Position numbers and translations under genes: made by a program. The notes beneath the pieces are model-generated. The model had not been told where the DNA came from. It saw nothing but the letters and a program-made list of their open reading frames with translations, and made no database searches. Of a DNA stretch of 60,739 bases, positions 9,040-20,870 are shown piece by piece (positions within the stretch are counted from its first letter, which is position 1; each line of letters opens with the position of its first letter). The stretch spans positions 10,390 through 71,128 of the forward strand of contig JAHYZB010000048.1 of NCBI GenBank assembly GCA_019424645.1. Direction: 5' to 3'. This DNA comes from Oxalobacter formigenes. Lineage in GTDB: Bacteria; Pseudomonadota; Gammaproteobacteria; Burkholderiales; Burkholderiaceae_D.

Positions 9040-9339
9040 GTTATTTGAGACTGTATTGCGGAAAAAGACGGTAAAAAAGTCTCATCATACCGAGTTCCCA
9101 TATGGAAACATCTATTTTCTCATTTTTCGATGTTTAATCTTTATATCGTTTATCAAAGATAAAAGTAAATCCGTTTTGACATTTTATCCATGACAAATCA
9201 GATGATGTTGGGTTTGAACAATCGATATTAACCCTGCCGTTCGTCTGGTCTGGTTGATTAAAGTATAATTTTCATCTTGTTGCTCCGTTTTTGACACAAT
9301 TGGAATCCGGAAATAATTAAACAGTTTTCTTCAATAAAA

Positions 9340-12300
9340 ATGACCTCGACAGAAAAAACCTCAACTGAAGCCCGTCTTCGCGAAATCATGTCCAAACGCA
9401 TTCTTGTTCTGGACGGTGCAATGGGTACGATGATCCAGCGTTACGGACTGACCGAAGAGGATTATCGGGGTGGCCCCGAAGGCCGGTTTGCCAATTTTGT
9501 GCCCCCCGCTTCCGAAAGCGAACGCGAACTGTTCGTCAAGGGAAACAATGAACTGTTGTCCCTGACCCAGCCGCACATTATTTCAGCCATTCATGAAGAA
9601 TACCTGAAGGCCGGCGCAGATGTGATCGAAACCAACACGTTTGGTGCGACTTCGATTGCCCAAGGCGACTATCACATGGCACATCTCGTTTATGAGATGA
9701 ATGTGCAATCGGCGAAAATCGCCCGTGAAATTTGTGACAAGTATTCAACGCCTGACAACCCTCGTTTCGTGGCGGGCTCCATTGGACCGACCCCAAAAAC
9801 AGCATCGATCTCACCCGATGTCAGCGATCCGGGTGCCCGTAATGTCACGTTCGATCAACTGGTCGAGGCGTATATGGAACAGATCAGGGGCTTGGTCGAA
9901 GGCGGTGCCGACCTGCTACTGGTCGAAACGGTTTTCGATACCCTGAACTGTAAAGCCGCTCTTTTCGCGATTGATTCGTTTTTCGAAGAATCCGGCAAAA
10001 AACTGCCGATCATGATTTCCGGTACGGTGACGGATGCTTCCGGCCGTATCCTGTCGGGACAAACCGTGACGGCTTTCTGGTATTCCATCCGCCATGCGCG
10101 TCCTTTGACGGTCGGGCTGAACTGCGCACTGGGTGCCGCACTGATGAGGCCTTATGTTGAGGAACTGTCGCGGATTGCCGATACGCATATCTGCATTTAT
10201 CCGAATGCCGGCTTGCCCAACCCGATGAGCGAAACAGGCTTTGACGAATTGCCTGAAGATACCTCAGCCTTTTTGAAGGAATTCGCCGAAAGCGGCTTTA
10301 TCAATGTTGTGGGCGGATGTTGCGGTACGACGCCTGACCATATTCGCGCTATCGCGAAAGCGGTCACACCTTTGCCTCCGAGAAAAATCCCGACTATTCC
10401 TCCAGCCATGCGCCTGTCCGGTCTGGAGCCTTTTAAAATCGACGATGAATCCTTGTTCGTCAATGTCGGCGAACGGACCAATGTGACGGGTTCCAAAGCG
10501 TTTGCACGCATGATCCTGAACGAGGAATACGATAACGCGTTAGCAGTCGCCCGCCAGCAAGTTGAAAACGGCGCGCAGATTATCGATATCAACATGGATG
10601 AAGCCATGCTGGATTCGGTCAGTGCGATGAAGCGCTTCCTGAATCTGATCGCGTCTGAACCGGAAATTTCCCGCGTTCCGGTCATGCTGGATTCGTCCAA
10701 ATGGGAAGTCATCGAAGCCGGCCTGAAATGCTTGCAGGGCAAGTCGATCGTCAACTCCATTTCACTGAAAAACGGCGAAGAAGAATTCATCCATCATGCC
10801 AAACTGTGCCGCCGTTATGGTGCCGCTATTATCGTAATGGCATTCGATGAAAAGGGACAGGCCGATACGTATCAGCGGAAAATCGACATCTGCAAACGGG
10901 CTTATGACTTGCTGGTCAATGAAGTCGGTTTCCCTGCCGAAGACATTATTTTCGACCCGAATATTTTTGCGATCGCGACCGGTATCGAAGAGCATAACAA
11001 TTATGCGGTCGATTTTATCGAAGCGACCCGCTGGATCAGGAATAACCTGCCGAATGCCCGTATCAGCGGTGGCGTTTCCAACGTCAGTTTCAGTTTGCGC
11101 GGCAATAATCCAGCCCGTGAGGCAATCCATACTGTTTTCCTGTATCACGCCATTTCAGCCGGGATGACGATGGGTATCGTCAATGCAGGCATGATGGGTG
11201 TTTACGACGAAATTCCGGAAGCTCTGCGTGAACGGGTTGAGGATGCTGTCCTGAATCGCCGCGAAGATGCAACGGAACGCCTGATTGACGTTGCCAGTGA
11301 ATTCCAGTCCGGCGACAAGAAAGAAGGTGAAAACCTTCAATGGAGAGAAGACTCCGTTAACAAACGCCTGTCTTATGCTTTTGTGCATGGCGTAACGGAT
11401 TTCATTATTGAAGACACTGAAGAAGCACTGCAGGATACGCTGAAAACTGGTGGCAAACCGATTGAGGTCATCGAAGGCCCCTTGATGGACGGCATGAATG
11501 CCGTTGGCGATCTCTTCGGGCAAGGCAAAATGTTCCTGCCTCAGGTCGTCAAATCCGCGCGTGTCATGAAACAGGCCGTTGCGCATCTGGTTCCTTATAT
11601 CGAGGAAGAGAAACGCCTGAGTGGCAGCAGCAAGACAAACGGAAAAATCGTGATTGCCACAGTCAAGGGTGACGTTCATGATATCGGTAAAAACATCGTC
11701 GCTGTTGTCCTCCAGTGCAATAATTTCGAAGTCGTCAATCTGGGGGTAATGGTTCCTTGCGCGGAAATCCTCGCCAAGGCCAAGGAAGTCAACGCCGATG
11801 CCATTGGTTTGTCCGGCCTGATTACACCGTCTCTGGAAGAAATGATGTACGTTGCCGGGGAAATGCAACGGGATGAATATTTCCGCTCACGCAACATTCC
11901 GCTTTTCATTGGTGGCGCAACCACCAGCAAAACCCATACTGCAGTCAAGATCGCACCGAATTATGAAGGCCCTGTCGTCCATGTGACGGATGCCTCCAGA
12001 ACGGTGACGGTCATTCAGGCACTGCTATCAGACAGCATTCGCGAGAAATATCTCAAGGTTCTGTCGGACGATTACGAGCATATCCGTGAATTGCATGCCC
12101 AGAAAAAACCCCAGAAGCTTTTGCCGATTGAAGACGCACGCAAAAACAAGGCAAAATTATCATTTGAGGGAAAGGATGCACCAAAACGGCCAACTTATCT
12201 CGGTCAGCGTTTCCTGAAAAACATCGATCTGGCCACGCTTGTCGATTATATCGACTGGTCGCCGTTTTTCCGGGTATGGGATTTGTCCGGTTCGTATCCA

Positions 12301-13101
12301 ACCATCTTAAACGATGCCGTCCACGGTGAAATGGCCAGAAAGGTTTTTGCCGATGGCCAGAAGATGCTGGAGAAACTGGTCCGTGGTAAATGGCTGACGG
12401 CGAATGCCACACTGGCATTGATGCCTGCCAACACTGTCAACGATGACGATATTGAAATCTATACCGATGAATCGCGCTCCAATGTCGCCTTTACTTATTA
12501 CGGTGTCCGACAGCAAAACGAAAAACCGGTGGTCGATGGCGTTCCACGCCCGAATCAGTGCATGTCCGATTTCATTGCGCCGAAATCTTCCGGAATAAAA
12601 GACTATATCGGCATGTTTGGTGTCACAACCGGTCTGGGAATCGAAAAACATCTTGAGCAATTCGAAGCTGAACTGGATGATTATGACGCTATCATGCTGA
12701 AAGCGCTTGCCGATCGTCTCGTCGAGGCTTTGGCTGAATACTTGCATGAACTGGTCAGAAAGGATCTGTGGGGATATTCGTCTGATGAAGCATTCACGAA
12801 TGAACAGCTCATCAAGGAACATTACAGGGGCATCAGGCCTGCCCCGGGATATCCCTCCTGCCCCGAACATACCGTGAAAGATGACCTCTTCCGGATATTG
12901 AAATGCGAGGAAATCGGCATGAAACTGACGGAGTCATACGCCATGTTGCCGACGGCATCCATTACCGGCTTTTATTTCGCCCATCCGGATGCGCATTACT
13001 TCACGATCGGGAAAATCGGAAAAGATCAGGTAAGCGATATGGCGAAAAGAAGGAATGTGCCTGAAGAACAGCTTTCCAGATGGCTGGCTCCGATTCTTTG
13101 A
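9340..13101 (+). CDS. metH: Cobalamin-dependent methionine synthase
   Basis: [32 protein letters not shown]12 motif, RPAPGYP. Confidence 0.98.
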   Translation: MTSTEKTSTEARLREIMSKRILVLDGAMGTMIQRYGLTEEDYRGGPEGRFANFVPPASESERELFVKGNNELLSLTQPHIISAIHEEYLKAGADVIETNTFGATSIAQGDYHMAHLVYEMNVQSAKIAREICDKYSTPDNPRFVAGSIGPTPKTASISPDVSDPGARNVTFDQLVEAYMEQIRGLVEGGADLLLVETVFDTLNCKAALFAIDSFFEESGKKLPIMISGTVTDASGRILSGQTVTAFWYSIRHARPLTVGLNCALGAALMRPYVEELSRIADTHICIYPNAGLPNPMSETGFDELPEDTSAFLKEFAESGFINVVGGCCGTTPDHIRAIAKAVTPLPPRKIPTIPPAMRLSGLEPFKIDDESLFVNVGERTNVTGSKAFARMILNEEYDNALAVARQQVENGAQIIDINMDEAMLDSVSAMKRFLNLIASEPEISRVPVMLDSSKWEVIEAGLKCLQGKSIVNSISLKNGEEEFIHHAKLCRRYGAAIIVMAFDEKGQADTYQRKIDICKRAYDLLVNEVGFPAEDIIFDPNIFAIATGIEEHNNYAVDFIEATRWIRNNLPNARISGGVSNVSFSLRGNNPAREAIHTVFLYHAISAGMTMGIVNAGMMGVYDEIPEALRERVEDAVLNRREDATERLIDVASEFQSGDKKEGENLQWREDSVNKRLSYAFVHGVTDFIIEDTEEALQDTLKTGGKPIEVIEGPLMDGMNAVGDLFGQGKMFLPQVVKSARVMKQAVAHLVPYIEEEKRLSGSSKTNGKIVIATVKGDVHDIGKNIVAVVLQCNNFEVVNLGVMVPCAEILAKAKEVNADAIGLSGLITPSLEEMMYVAGEMQRDEYFRSRNIPLFIGGATTSKTHTAVKIAPNYEGPVVHVTDASRTVTVIQALLSDSIREKYLKVLSDDYEHIRELHAQKKPQKLLPIEDARKNKAKLSFEGKDAPKRPTYLGQRFLKNIDLATLVDYIDWSPFFRVWDLSGSYPTILNDAVHGEMARKVFADGQKMLEKLVRGKWLTANATLALMPANTVNDDDIEIYTDESRSNVAFTYYGVRQQNEKPVVDGVPRPNQCMSDFIAPKSSGIKDYIGMFGVTTGLGIEKHLEQFEAELDDYDAIMLKALADRLVEALAEYLHELVRKDLWGYSSDEAFTNEQLIKEHYRGIRPAPGYPSCPEHTVKDDLFRILKCEEIGMKLTESYAMLPTASITGFYFAHPDAHYFTIGKIGKDQVSDMAKRRNVPEEQLSRWLAPIL

Positions 13102-13131
13102 TTGGGCTGACTGATTATTGACTGAATTGCC

Positions 13132-14955
13132 ATGACACAAGCTATCCAATATTGTATTGAACCCTTCGATCTGAATGCCCATCTGTTCAGGGTATCGATG
13201 ACGGTAAGCGATCCGGACAAAAACGGGCAACTGTTCAGGTTGCCGGCATGGATACCGGGTAGCTATATGATCCGGGAATTTGCCAAAAATATCGTCCAGA
13301 TCCGCTCCTTCAGCCAGAACAAAACCATTCGGCTGAACAAAATCGACAAGCATACATGGCAAGCGGAAACTTGTGACGGGCCGCTTACACTCAGCTATGA
13401 AGTGTATGCCTGGGATCTGTCTGTCCGGTCTGCACATGTGGATCAGACTCATGCTTTTTTCAACGGTTCGAGTGTTTTTCTGGAAGCAGTTGGACAGGAA
13501 AACCAGCCACATATCGTCGATATCAAAAAACCGGATTCACCTGATGCCCTGACATGGCGGGTCATAACGGCACTTCCGGAGCACACGGCCTCACGTTACG
13601 GCTTCGGAACGTATATAGCGAAAGATTACGATGAACTGATCGACTCGCCAGTAGAAATGGGCAACTTTATCCTGGGGCACTTTGAGGCTTGCGGCATACC
13701 CCATGAAATTGCCATTACCGGAAAAGTCCCCAATCTGGATCTGAAGCGTATTGAGGACGATCTCAAAAAAATCTGTGAAACCGAAATCGCTTTCTTCGAA
13801 CCGGAAACCCGAAAAGCACCTGTTTCACGATTTGTCTTTTTTGTCATGGTCGTCAAGAACGGTTATGGCGGACTCGAGCATCGCGCCTCTACCGCCCTGC
13901 TCTGTTCAAGGTCGTCGCTGCCATCGAAAAACAGGGCAGAAAATCCAAAACAGAAAATCGATGAGGATTATCTGCAATTTCTCGGATTGTGCAGCCACGA
14001 GTATTTCCATACGTGGAATGTCAAAAGGATCAAGCCGGCAGTGTTCGCCCCCTATGATCTGCAACAGGAAACCTATACACGCCTCTTGTGGATGTTCGAA
14101 GGCTTCACGAGCTATTACGACGACCTGACCATTGTCCGTAGCGGCATAACAAATGTAAGCACTTACTTGCACCAGATTGCCCAGACCATCAATAATGTAT
14201 TGCGTGGACGTGGCCGGTTCAAGCAGAGCATTGCCGACGCGAGTTTCGACGCATGGATCAAGTATTACCGGCAAGATGAAAATACGCCCAATGCGCTGGT
14301 CAGCTATTACACCAAAGGTTCGCTTGTTGCCCTTGCGCTCGATTTGACAATCCGGCTGGGTACTGGCAATAGCAGGTCGCTTGATGATGTCATGCGGGCA
14401 TTGTGGCATCGGTATGGCCGAGATTTTTATGAAGGCAAAAACTGCGGTATTTCCGATACGGAAGCGGAAACGATTATTGAAGAAATCAGCGGACTGGATT
14501 TGCAGGAATTCTTCAGAAAATATATTTACGGAACAACTGAAATTCCTCTGGCAGACCTGTTTTTCTCTTTCGGCGTTTTCATTAACGACGCGAATATCGA
14601 TGTAAAACCGGGTCTCGATATTCGCGTCAAGCGTTCAGGAAGCGATTGCGTCGTAACTCACGTATTTGAAGGCGGAGCTGCACACCGCGCGGGTATTTCA
14701 GCTGGCGACGTTCTGCTTGCCATCGATGGTTTGAGGGTCTCTTCGGAAAACCCTGCGGGGAATCTGGAAAAACAGCTTTCCCGTTATTCGGTCGGCGAAA
14801 AGGTAGAGGCTTTCGTTTTTCGCCGGGATGAATTGATGAAGTTCGACGTCATTCTTGCCGATGAACATATCCCGAAATTCATCCTGACCTTATCGAAAGA
14901 GGAAACGCCTCCGATGAAGGAAGCACGGCAACTCTGGCTTCACAAAGCCGAATAA
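13132..14955 (+). CDS. M61-family metallopeptidase with PDZ domain
   Basis: PAWIPGSY, GGLEH, HEYFHTWN, C-terminal PDZ-like region. Confidence 0.92.
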   Translation: MTQAIQYCIEPFDLNAHLFRVSMTVSDPDKNGQLFRLPAWIPGSYMIREFAKNIVQIRSFSQNKTIRLNKIDKHTWQAETCDGPLTLSYEVYAWDLSVRSAHVDQTHAFFNGSSVFLEAVGQENQPHIVDIKKPDSPDALTWRVITALPEHTASRYGFGTYIAKDYDELIDSPVEMGNFILGHFEACGIPHEIAITGKVPNLDLKRIEDDLKKICETEIAFFEPETRKAPVSRFVFFVMVVKNGYGGLEHRASTALLCSRSSLPSKNRAENPKQKIDEDYLQFLGLCSHEYFHTWNVKRIKPAVFAPYDLQQETYTRLLWMFEGFTSYYDDLTIVRSGITNVSTYLHQIAQTINNVLRGRGRFKQSIADASFDAWIKYYRQDENTPNALVSYYTKGSLVALALDLTIRLGTGNSRSLDDVMRALWHRYGRDFYEGKNCGISDTEAETIIEEISGLDLQEFFRKYIYGTTEIPLADLFFSFGVFINDANIDVKPGLDIRVKRSGSDCVVTHVFEGGAAHRAGISAGDVLLAIDGLRVSSENPAGNLEKQLSRYSVGEKVEAFVFRRDELMKFDVILADEHIPKFILTLSKEETPPMKEARQLWLHKAE

Positions 14956-14995
14956 ACGTGATTTTCAGCGACCCGTTCGCCTGATAATAAATTCT

Positions 14996-15796
14996 TCAGG
15001 CGAACAGCTTCGCCAGTTCTTCGCCCGGTTCTTTGGCACGCATAAACGCTTCACCGATCAGAAACGCATTGACACCGGCCTGACGCATTTTCTGAACGTC
15101 TTCCCTTTGCAGAATGCCCGACTCCGTGACAACCAGCTTGTCTTTCGGCAAGCCGGGCAACAGGTCGATTGTATTTTGAATCGATGTCTGGAAGGTCCGG
15201 AGATCGCGGTTATTGATTCCCAAAAGACTTGTTTTCAAGGCAAGCGCCCTTTCCAGTTCTTCAGCATTGTGAACTTCAACCAGAACGCTCATTCCCAATT
15301 CGAATGCACAGGCTTCGAGTTCAGCCATCTGGCTATCGGCCAAGGCGGCAACGATCAGAAGAATACAATCGGCACCCCATGCTCCGGCTTCATAAACCTG
15401 ATAGGGATCGATCATGAAATCCTTGCGTAAAACAGGCAGGAAACAGGCCGCTTTCGCTTGAAGCAGATAATCGGGGGAACCCTGGAAAAAATCCTTGTCA
15501 GTAAGCACTGACAAACACGCCGCACCATGTTTTTCATAGCTTCTTGCGATTTCATCAGGATAAAAAGCCTCACGAATAATCCCTTTTGAAGGCGATGCTT
15601 TCTTGACTTCGGCAATAACTCCTGCCTGGCCTGCTGCGATTTTCTGACGAAGCGCCTCTTCGAAATTCCGACGTACCCCCTTCAGATCAATATCGCTTTC
15701 GACTCTGTTTCGCAAAGCGGAAAATGACTCCCTTCTCTTGGCGAATTCGATTTCAAACTCTTTGACTGAAAGGATTTTTTTCAGAATGTCAGACAT
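14996..15796 (-). CDS. trpC: Indole-3-glycerol phosphate synthase
   Basis: [23 protein letters not shown]; start set at MSDILKK. Confidence 0.96.
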   Translation of the reverse strand: MSDILKKILSVKEFEIEFAKRRESFSALRNRVESDIDLKGVRRNFEEALRQKIAAGQAGVIAEVKKASPSKGIIREAFYPDEIARSYEKHGAACLSVLTDKDFFQGSPDYLLQAKAACFLPVLRKDFMIDPYQVYEAGAWGADCILLIVAALADSQMAELEACAFELGMSVLVEVHNAEELERALALKTSLLGINNRDLRTFQTSIQNTIDLLPGLPKDKLVVTESGILQREDVQKMRQAGVNAFLIGEAFMRAKEPGEELAKLFA

Positions 15797-15806
15797 ATGC
15801 CGCCCG

Positions 15807-16847
15807 TTATTTGTCGTTGATCGATTGAGTAAACCCGACAAACTGGTCGAGCTTCGTTCTTGCTGCCCCCGATTTGATGGCAGCCTGCGCTTGCTTAAGG
15901 CCGTCGGCAATTGAAGTAGCGTTACCAGCTGCGTACAAGGCCGCTCCCGCATTTAAAGCGATGATATCGGTTGCGGGTGCGACCTTATTGTTCAGGGCAT
16001 CCAGAACAATTTTTTTCGATTCCTGTGCATTTTCAACCTGAAAATTGCGGCTCGCGTACATCCTGAGCCCGAAATCTTCCGGGTGAATATCGTACTCGCG
16101 AACCTTGCCGTCAGAAAGCTCGCCGACCAGCGTGCTGGCTCCAAGCGAGACTTCATCCAGGTTGTCCCGTCCCCAAACGACCAGCGCCCTTTTGACCCCC
16201 ATTTTCTGCAAAACACGAACCTGAATGCCGACTAGATCGGGATGAAAGACACCCATCATCATATTGTCGGCATAAGCCGGATTGGTCAAAGGGCCGAGAA
16301 TATTGAAAATGGTTCTTATACCCAGTTCCTCACGTACAGCCTTGGCATGTTTCATTGCCGAATGATGATTCGGGGCATACATGAAACCGATACCGACGTT
16401 ATCGATAGACTGGGCAATCTGTTCCGGAGTCAGGTTGATGTTGACGTTTAACGCTTCCAGTAAATCGGCACTTCCGGACGATGAAGAAACGCTACGGCTG
16501 CCGTGTTTTGCGACCCTGGCGCCGCAGGCTGCGGCGACAAACATGGATGCAGTTGAAATATTGAAGGTATGCGCCCCATCCCCGCCGGTTCCGACAATAT
16601 CGAGAAGGTTTGCCGTATCGTTGACTTTGACCTTGAGGGAAAACTCACGCATTACTTCCGCTGCAGCAGCGATTTCCCCGACTGTTTCTTTCTTCACACG
16701 GAAACCGACAGTCAGAGCCGCGATCATGACTGGAGTCATTTCGCCGCTCATGATGCTTCGAAACAGAGACAACATCTCATCGTGAAAAATTTCACGATGT
16801 TCAATACATCTTAAAAGCGCTTCCTGAGGTTTGATACTGCTTGTCAT
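15807..16847 (-). CDS. trpD: Anthranilate phosphoribosyltransferase
   Basis: [23 protein letters not shown]. Confidence 0.97.
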   Translation of the reverse strand: MTSSIKPQEALLRCIEHREIFHDEMLSLFRSIMSGEMTPVMIAALTVGFRVKKETVGEIAAAAEVMREFSLKVKVNDTANLLDIVGTGGDGAHTFNISTASMFVAAACGARVAKHGSRSVSSSSGSADLLEALNVNINLTPEQIAQSIDNVGIGFMYAPNHHSAMKHAKAVREELGIRTIFNILGPLTNPAYADNMMMGVFHPDLVGIQVRVLQKMGVKRALVVWGRDNLDEVSLGASTLVGELSDGKVREYDIHPEDFGLRMYASRNFQVENAQESKKIVLDALNNKVAPATDIIALNAGAALYAAGNATSIADGLKQAQAAIKSGAARTKLDQFVGFTQSINDK

Positions 16848-16849
16848 GA

Positions 16850-17422
16850 TTATTCCGTTATAAAGTTTTTGAGCAGGGCGTGGCCCTCTTCGGACAAAAT
16901 GGATTCAGGATGGAATTGCACCCCTTCAATGGCGTATTGTTTATGGCGTACGCCCATGATTTCGCCATCTTCCGTCCACGCTGTGATCTCGAGGCAATCC
17001 GGCAGACTTTCCTTCTCGATTGCCAGAGAATGGTATCGGGTTATCGTTACCGGATTCGGCAAGCCCCTGAAAACACCTTTATTTTTGTGAAATACCGGAG
17101 AGGTTTTTCCGTGCATGACCTGTTTTGCACGGATGACTTTTCCACCGAATGCCGCGCCAATGGACTGATGGCCCAGGCAGACCCCGAAAAGAGGTATTTT
17201 CCCGGCGAAATGTGTCAGTACTTCAAGAGAAATACCCGCTTCATAAGGAGTTTTCGGTCCCGGAGAGATACAGATATGGTCAGGTTTGAGCTTCTCGATC
17301 TGATCGAGCGTGATTTCGTCATTCCGGAAAGTGCGGACATCAACTCCCAGTTCACCAAAATACTGAACGAGGTTATATGTAAACGAATCGTAATTATCAA
17401 TCATCAGTAACATGATCGTCAC
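16850..17422 (-). CDS. trpG: Anthranilate synthase component II
   Basis: [24 protein letters not shown]. Confidence 0.95.
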   Translation of the reverse strand: MTIMLLMIDNYDSFTYNLVQYFGELGVDVRTFRNDEITLDQIEKLKPDHICISPGPKTPYEAGISLEVLTHFAGKIPLFGVCLGHQSIGAAFGGKVIRAKQVMHGKTSPVFHKNKGVFRGLPNPVTITRYHSLAIEKESLPDCLEITAWTEDGEIMGVRHKQYAIEGVQFHPESILSEEGHALLKNFITE

Positions 17423-17530
17423 CCTGCAATTGTGTAAAAAGGAAAATTGATTCGTGCAAATAATGACAGCAAAAAATAATGGCCGTCATAAATAAAGGAT
17501 TGCTGCGCGCACGAAAGGCGCAAGAGGATA

Positions 17531-17596
17531 TCAGGCGACAGGCTTACGCCAGCGCAAGGTGAGGAGGATAACTGCTGATTGGACTGTTTTGCACAT
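17531..17596 (-). CDS. trpL: Putative trp leader peptide MCKTVQSAVILLTLRWRKPVA
   Basis: 21-aa ORF with an RWR motif upstream of trpG, preceded by a sigma70-like promoter. Confidence 0.65.
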   Translation of the reverse strand: MCKTVQSAVILLTLRWRKPVA

Positions 17597-17603
17597 AGTG
17601 CAG

Positions 17604-17632
17604 ATTATTACTTAACTTGTTTAACTTATCAA
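17604..17632 (-). promoter_or_regulatory. Putative trpL-trpGDC promoter
   Basis: TTGATA-17 bp-AATAAT, ending 7 nt before the leader ATG. Confidence 0.55.
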
Positions 17633-17675
17633 GTGACCGTGCTTATTTAAAAACAATAACGGATATCGGTCAAGC

Positions 17676-17855
17676 CTAAACGGGCTCTTCCGGGTCATTT
17701 TCATCTTCTGCAGCACCCGGAACCTTGTATTGTTCGTCCGCCCATGCACCCAGATCGATTTGTTTACAACGCTCTGAACAGAAAGGACGATAGGCATTTG
17801 CCTCTTTCCATTCAACATCTTTACCGCAAACGGGACATTTAACTATAGTAACCAT
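17676..17855 (-). CDS. yacG: DNA gyrase inhibitor YacG
   Basis: Manual translation of 59 aa, not in track: [16 protein letters not shown]...[17 protein letters not shown]. Confidence 0.95.
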   Translation of the reverse strand: MVTIVKCPVCGKDVEWKEANAYRPFCSERCKQIDLGAWADEQYKVPGAAEDENDPEEPV

Positions 17856-17856
17856 A

Positions 17857-18606
17857 TCAGCACAAAGTCAATTCACACGAAACGTCTTCTTCCAGCAGCT
17901 TCGGCTTCAAATCGCCGTCCTGCTTCGTGAAACGTATCCATAACATGTATTTGTTTGCCGACGCTTCGGGAATCGCGCCACTCTTCTCTTCCACTTTGAT
18001 TCGCAACATCTGGTGGACCTTGCCTTGCAGCATCTGCTGGTAGCTTCCTGATTCTGCAACAACCTTGAATTGCACGCCGGAGGCCCGCAACAGTCGCAGA
18101 ACAAGCCCGACTGCGTCCAGTAATGACGCCATCGGCCCGAACCAGTTCTGAATGTCCTTGTAACGTTCTTCCGTACTCCGGTGCTGCCATGCGTAGTAAG
18201 AAGGCAAATCGAATTCACAGGCACCTCCGGGAATCATGGTTCTTCCACGAACACTCATCAGCCATTCGTTTTCACGAATGCTCTGTCCTGTTTTTCCAAC
18301 AGTACTGACGAGTGCGGCACTGACCTGATCGATTTCTTTCAATACATCGTCAAGGACTTCTTTTTGAATATTCGGATGCTCGCGATATCCCACCAGAATC
18401 TGTTTTTGACGTTCGAGCTCCTGAAGCAGGTCCGATTTCAAATCGGAACGGGAAGCGACTTCAAGCATTTCGAAGATAAGGGTTAACGCAACGTGATGTT
18501 GCAAGGCATGATTCTGATGCAGGAAAAAGTTGAATCTTTCATGCAAATCCTCAAGCCGCAACAGGGTGCGGATACGTTCGTTGAAAGGGTATTCGTAAGT
18601 TATCAA
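17857..18606 (-). CDS. zapD: Cell division protein ZapD
   Basis: [26 protein letters not shown]; coaE-zapD-yacG synteny. Confidence 0.95.
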   Translation of the reverse strand: MITYEYPFNERIRTLLRLEDLHERFNFFLHQNHALQHHVALTLIFEMLEVASRSDLKSDLLQELERQKQILVGYREHPNIQKEVLDDVLKEIDQVSAALVSTVGKTGQSIRENEWLMSVRGRTMIPGGACEFDLPSYYAWQHRSTEERYKDIQNWFGPMASLLDAVGLVLRLLRASGVQFKVVAESGSYQQMLQGKVHQMLRIKVEEKSGAIPEASANKYMLWIRFTKQDGDLKPKLLEEDVSCELTLC

Positions 18607-18686
18607 AATGATTCCTCTTTCAATTCCGATGTTTCATTTAAGTAAGATTCTGAACGAAGCATTGAAAAATTACAAACAAAGTGACC

Positions 18687-19325
18687 TCATAAACCGGTTT
18701 TTTGCGCCATTGCAGTATATTTTGCATGCAAAATAACCACTTCTTTCAAAACTTCAGCAACGCTTTTGTCATTTACAATGACATCGTCCGCGATCGCCAG
18801 CCTCTGCTGGCGTGTCGCCTGTGTCGCCATTATGGCGACAACCTGGTCACGGCTCATGTTATTTCGCTTCATAACCCGTTCTACCTGTAACTCTTCCGGA
18901 CAGTCGACTGTCAAAATCCTAGTTCCCATCCCATTCCATATCGGCAATTCAACCAATAAGGGAATGACAAATATGACATAAGTCCCTGTTGCCGCCTCTG
19001 CCTGCCCAATCGATACTTTCCTGATCAGCGGATGTAATATCGCTTCCAGTTTCAGGCGTTCATCCGGATTGGAAAATACCAGTTCGCGCATCAGTGAACG
19101 GTTCATCGCCCCATCCGGCTGTATGAATTTCCCGCCAAACTCTTTCCGTATCGGTTCGATTGCCTCTCCACCCGGCAGCGTCAGGTTCCGTGCCACGTCA
19201 TCCGTATCCACAATGGAGGCACCCTGTTGTGCAAACAAATTGGCAACCATGCTTTTTCCACTGCCGATTCCGCCAGTCAAACCGATTGAGAAATCCTTAT
19301 AACTCATTTTAGGCAAATTCTTCAT
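18687..19325 (-). CDS. coaE: Dephospho-CoA kinase
   Basis: IGLTGGIGSGKS, LEAILHPLI. Start uncertain (19307-19346). Confidence 0.95.
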   Translation of the reverse strand: MKNLPKMSYKDFSIGLTGGIGSGKSMVANLFAQQGASIVDTDDVARNLTLPGGEAIEPIRKEFGGKFIQPDGAMNRSLMRELVFSNPDERLKLEAILHPLIRKVSIGQAEAATGTYVIFVIPLLVELPIWNGMGTRILTVDCPEELQVERVMKRNNMSRDQVVAIMATQATRQQRLAIADDVIVNDKSVAEVLKEVVILHAKYTAMAQKTGL

Positions 19326-19332
19326 CAAAAAT

Positions 19333-20124
19333 TTAAGAAAAATCATTCAGGGTCTGCATTAATATTCTTCCATATAAAAGAATCGGCAGTGTGGCTATCG
19401 CCAGATAAGGGCCAAATGGAAAATACTCTTCAAAACGGGCTCGACCGGAAAACATTCTGATCAGTCCGGTTGCAATAGCCAAAAACGAAGCCATGATAAC
19501 GATAAAGACCAGACACATCCAGCCAAACCATGCTCCCAGCGCTGCAATCATCTTGAAATCACCGTATCCCATTCCATCGTTGCCTGTGACACATCTGAAA
19601 ACCGCATTTGCCATCCGGCAAACCAGATAAGCGGACAAGGCACTGATAACGCCTACATGAAGCGGGGCAAACGTGGCCTTTATATTGACAAGCAGGCCTG
19701 CCCACAAAAAAGAATACGTCAGGCAATCCGGAAGATACCCCGTCCCCGAATCAATGAATCCGAGCAAAATCAGAAAATATAGACATACTAAAGCCGCCAG
19801 CCCGACAAATGTCACTCCAAAATGCCATATGACAACTCCGGAGAATACCGATGACATCAGAACAATAAAACTTGTCTTTCCTGTCGGAAATTTACTATAG
19901 CCTCTTTTAAGAAAGGGTTGGAGATATCTTTGCAGTAAACCCGAAATGCCATTTTTCGGGAATTGCCCGACAAGAGAAGCCTGCCTTACAGGAGCGCATG
20001 TGATTGCACCAATTTCGGTACAGGCTTCTTTTTCATGAATGAAACGGACGATATACGACGCCAGACGACCCAAAAGGCAACCAATAAAACAACCTGCGAC
20101 CATAGCGACAAGGATTACCTGCAT
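19333..20124 (-). CDS. pilD: A24 prepilin peptidase (PilD-like) with degenerate N-terminal domain
   Basis: FID...LPD and GMGYGDFK catalytic motifs, PFGPYL; upstream of coaE. Confidence 0.85.
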   Translation of the reverse strand: MQVILVAMVAGCFIGCLLGRLASYIVRFIHEKEACTEIGAITCAPVRQASLVGQFPKNGISGLLQRYLQPFLKRGYSKFPTGKTSFIVLMSSVFSGVVIWHFGVTFVGLAALVCLYFLILLGFIDSGTGYLPDCLTYSFLWAGLLVNIKATFAPLHVGVISALSAYLVCRMANAVFRCVTGNDGMGYGDFKMIAALGAWFGWMCLVFIVIMASFLAIATGLIRMFSGRARFEEYFPFGPYLAIATLPILLYGRILMQTLNDFS

Positions 20125-20272
20125 ATCATCCTCTCCATTCGAATGGATAATGCGTGAGATATTCCTGGCAAACAGACCAGACAGAAGGCAACGATGAAAA
20201 GAACGGTTAAAGTCCTGCCTTGCCAGTTATAACAAAAAACCGTCTGTTTAAGCAATCCGATTTCACAGCGTA

Positions 20273-20848
20273 TCAACTTAAAATAAAATTGATCTGGGAA
20301 GCCATATCTTCCGTCGGAATCTGTTTGAACTGGGTTTTGGCAAAACGGTACAAACGGCCTATCAAATAACTCATCATCAAATTGCTTCTCGAATTGATGT
20401 TTTCTTCCTTGAATTGCCCCTGGGTCACCGCAATTTTCATACTCTGTTTCAAAGCCAGTTCGACACGATCGAAAAACTGGTTCATTCTTGCTTGCAGGCG
20501 TACGTCTTCATTGATCAGTGCATCCCCGATCATAACCCGGGTCATACCGGGATTTTTTTCGGCAAAATGCAGAATCAGCAGCGCCACAGACTGCGCCTGT
20601 AACAGGCCGTTTTCTTCCTTTTCGGCAATCTGGTTGATCAGCCCGAATATGCTTGATTCGATGAATTCAATCAATCCTTCAAACATCTGTGCCTTGCTCG
20701 CAAAATGCCGGTACAGGGCCGCTTCGGACAGACTGAGGTGCCGTGCAAGTGCTGCGGTCGTTATCTTTTCACTCCGCGGTTGTTCGAGCATTTGCGCAAG
20801 GGCCTGCAGTATTTGTAATTTTCTTTCTCCGGATTTGGTATTTCCCAT
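20273..20848 (-). CDS. slmA: Nucleoid occlusion factor SlmA
   Basis: ITTAALARHLSLSEAALYRHFASKAQMFEGLIEFIE. Confidence 0.93.
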   Translation of the reverse strand: MGNTKSGERKLQILQALAQMLEQPRSEKITTAALARHLSLSEAALYRHFASKAQMFEGLIEFIESSIFGLINQIAEKEENGLLQAQSVALLILHFAEKNPGMTRVMIGDALINEDVRLQARMNQFFDRVELALKQSMKIAVTQGQFKEENINSRSNLMMSYLIGRLYRFAKTQFKQIPTEDMASQINFILS

Positions 20849-20870
20849 GATGGATAGAATATGAAAATAA

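Noticed and set aside
9040..9339. Possible cobalamin or SAM riboswitch upstream of metH
   Set aside because: No B12-box or SAM/SAH core motif recognised; AT-rich promoter DNA only.
17610..17627. TTAACTT direct repeat in the trp promoter as a TrpR operator
   Set aside because: Does not match the palindromic ACTAGT-type TrpR consensus well enough.
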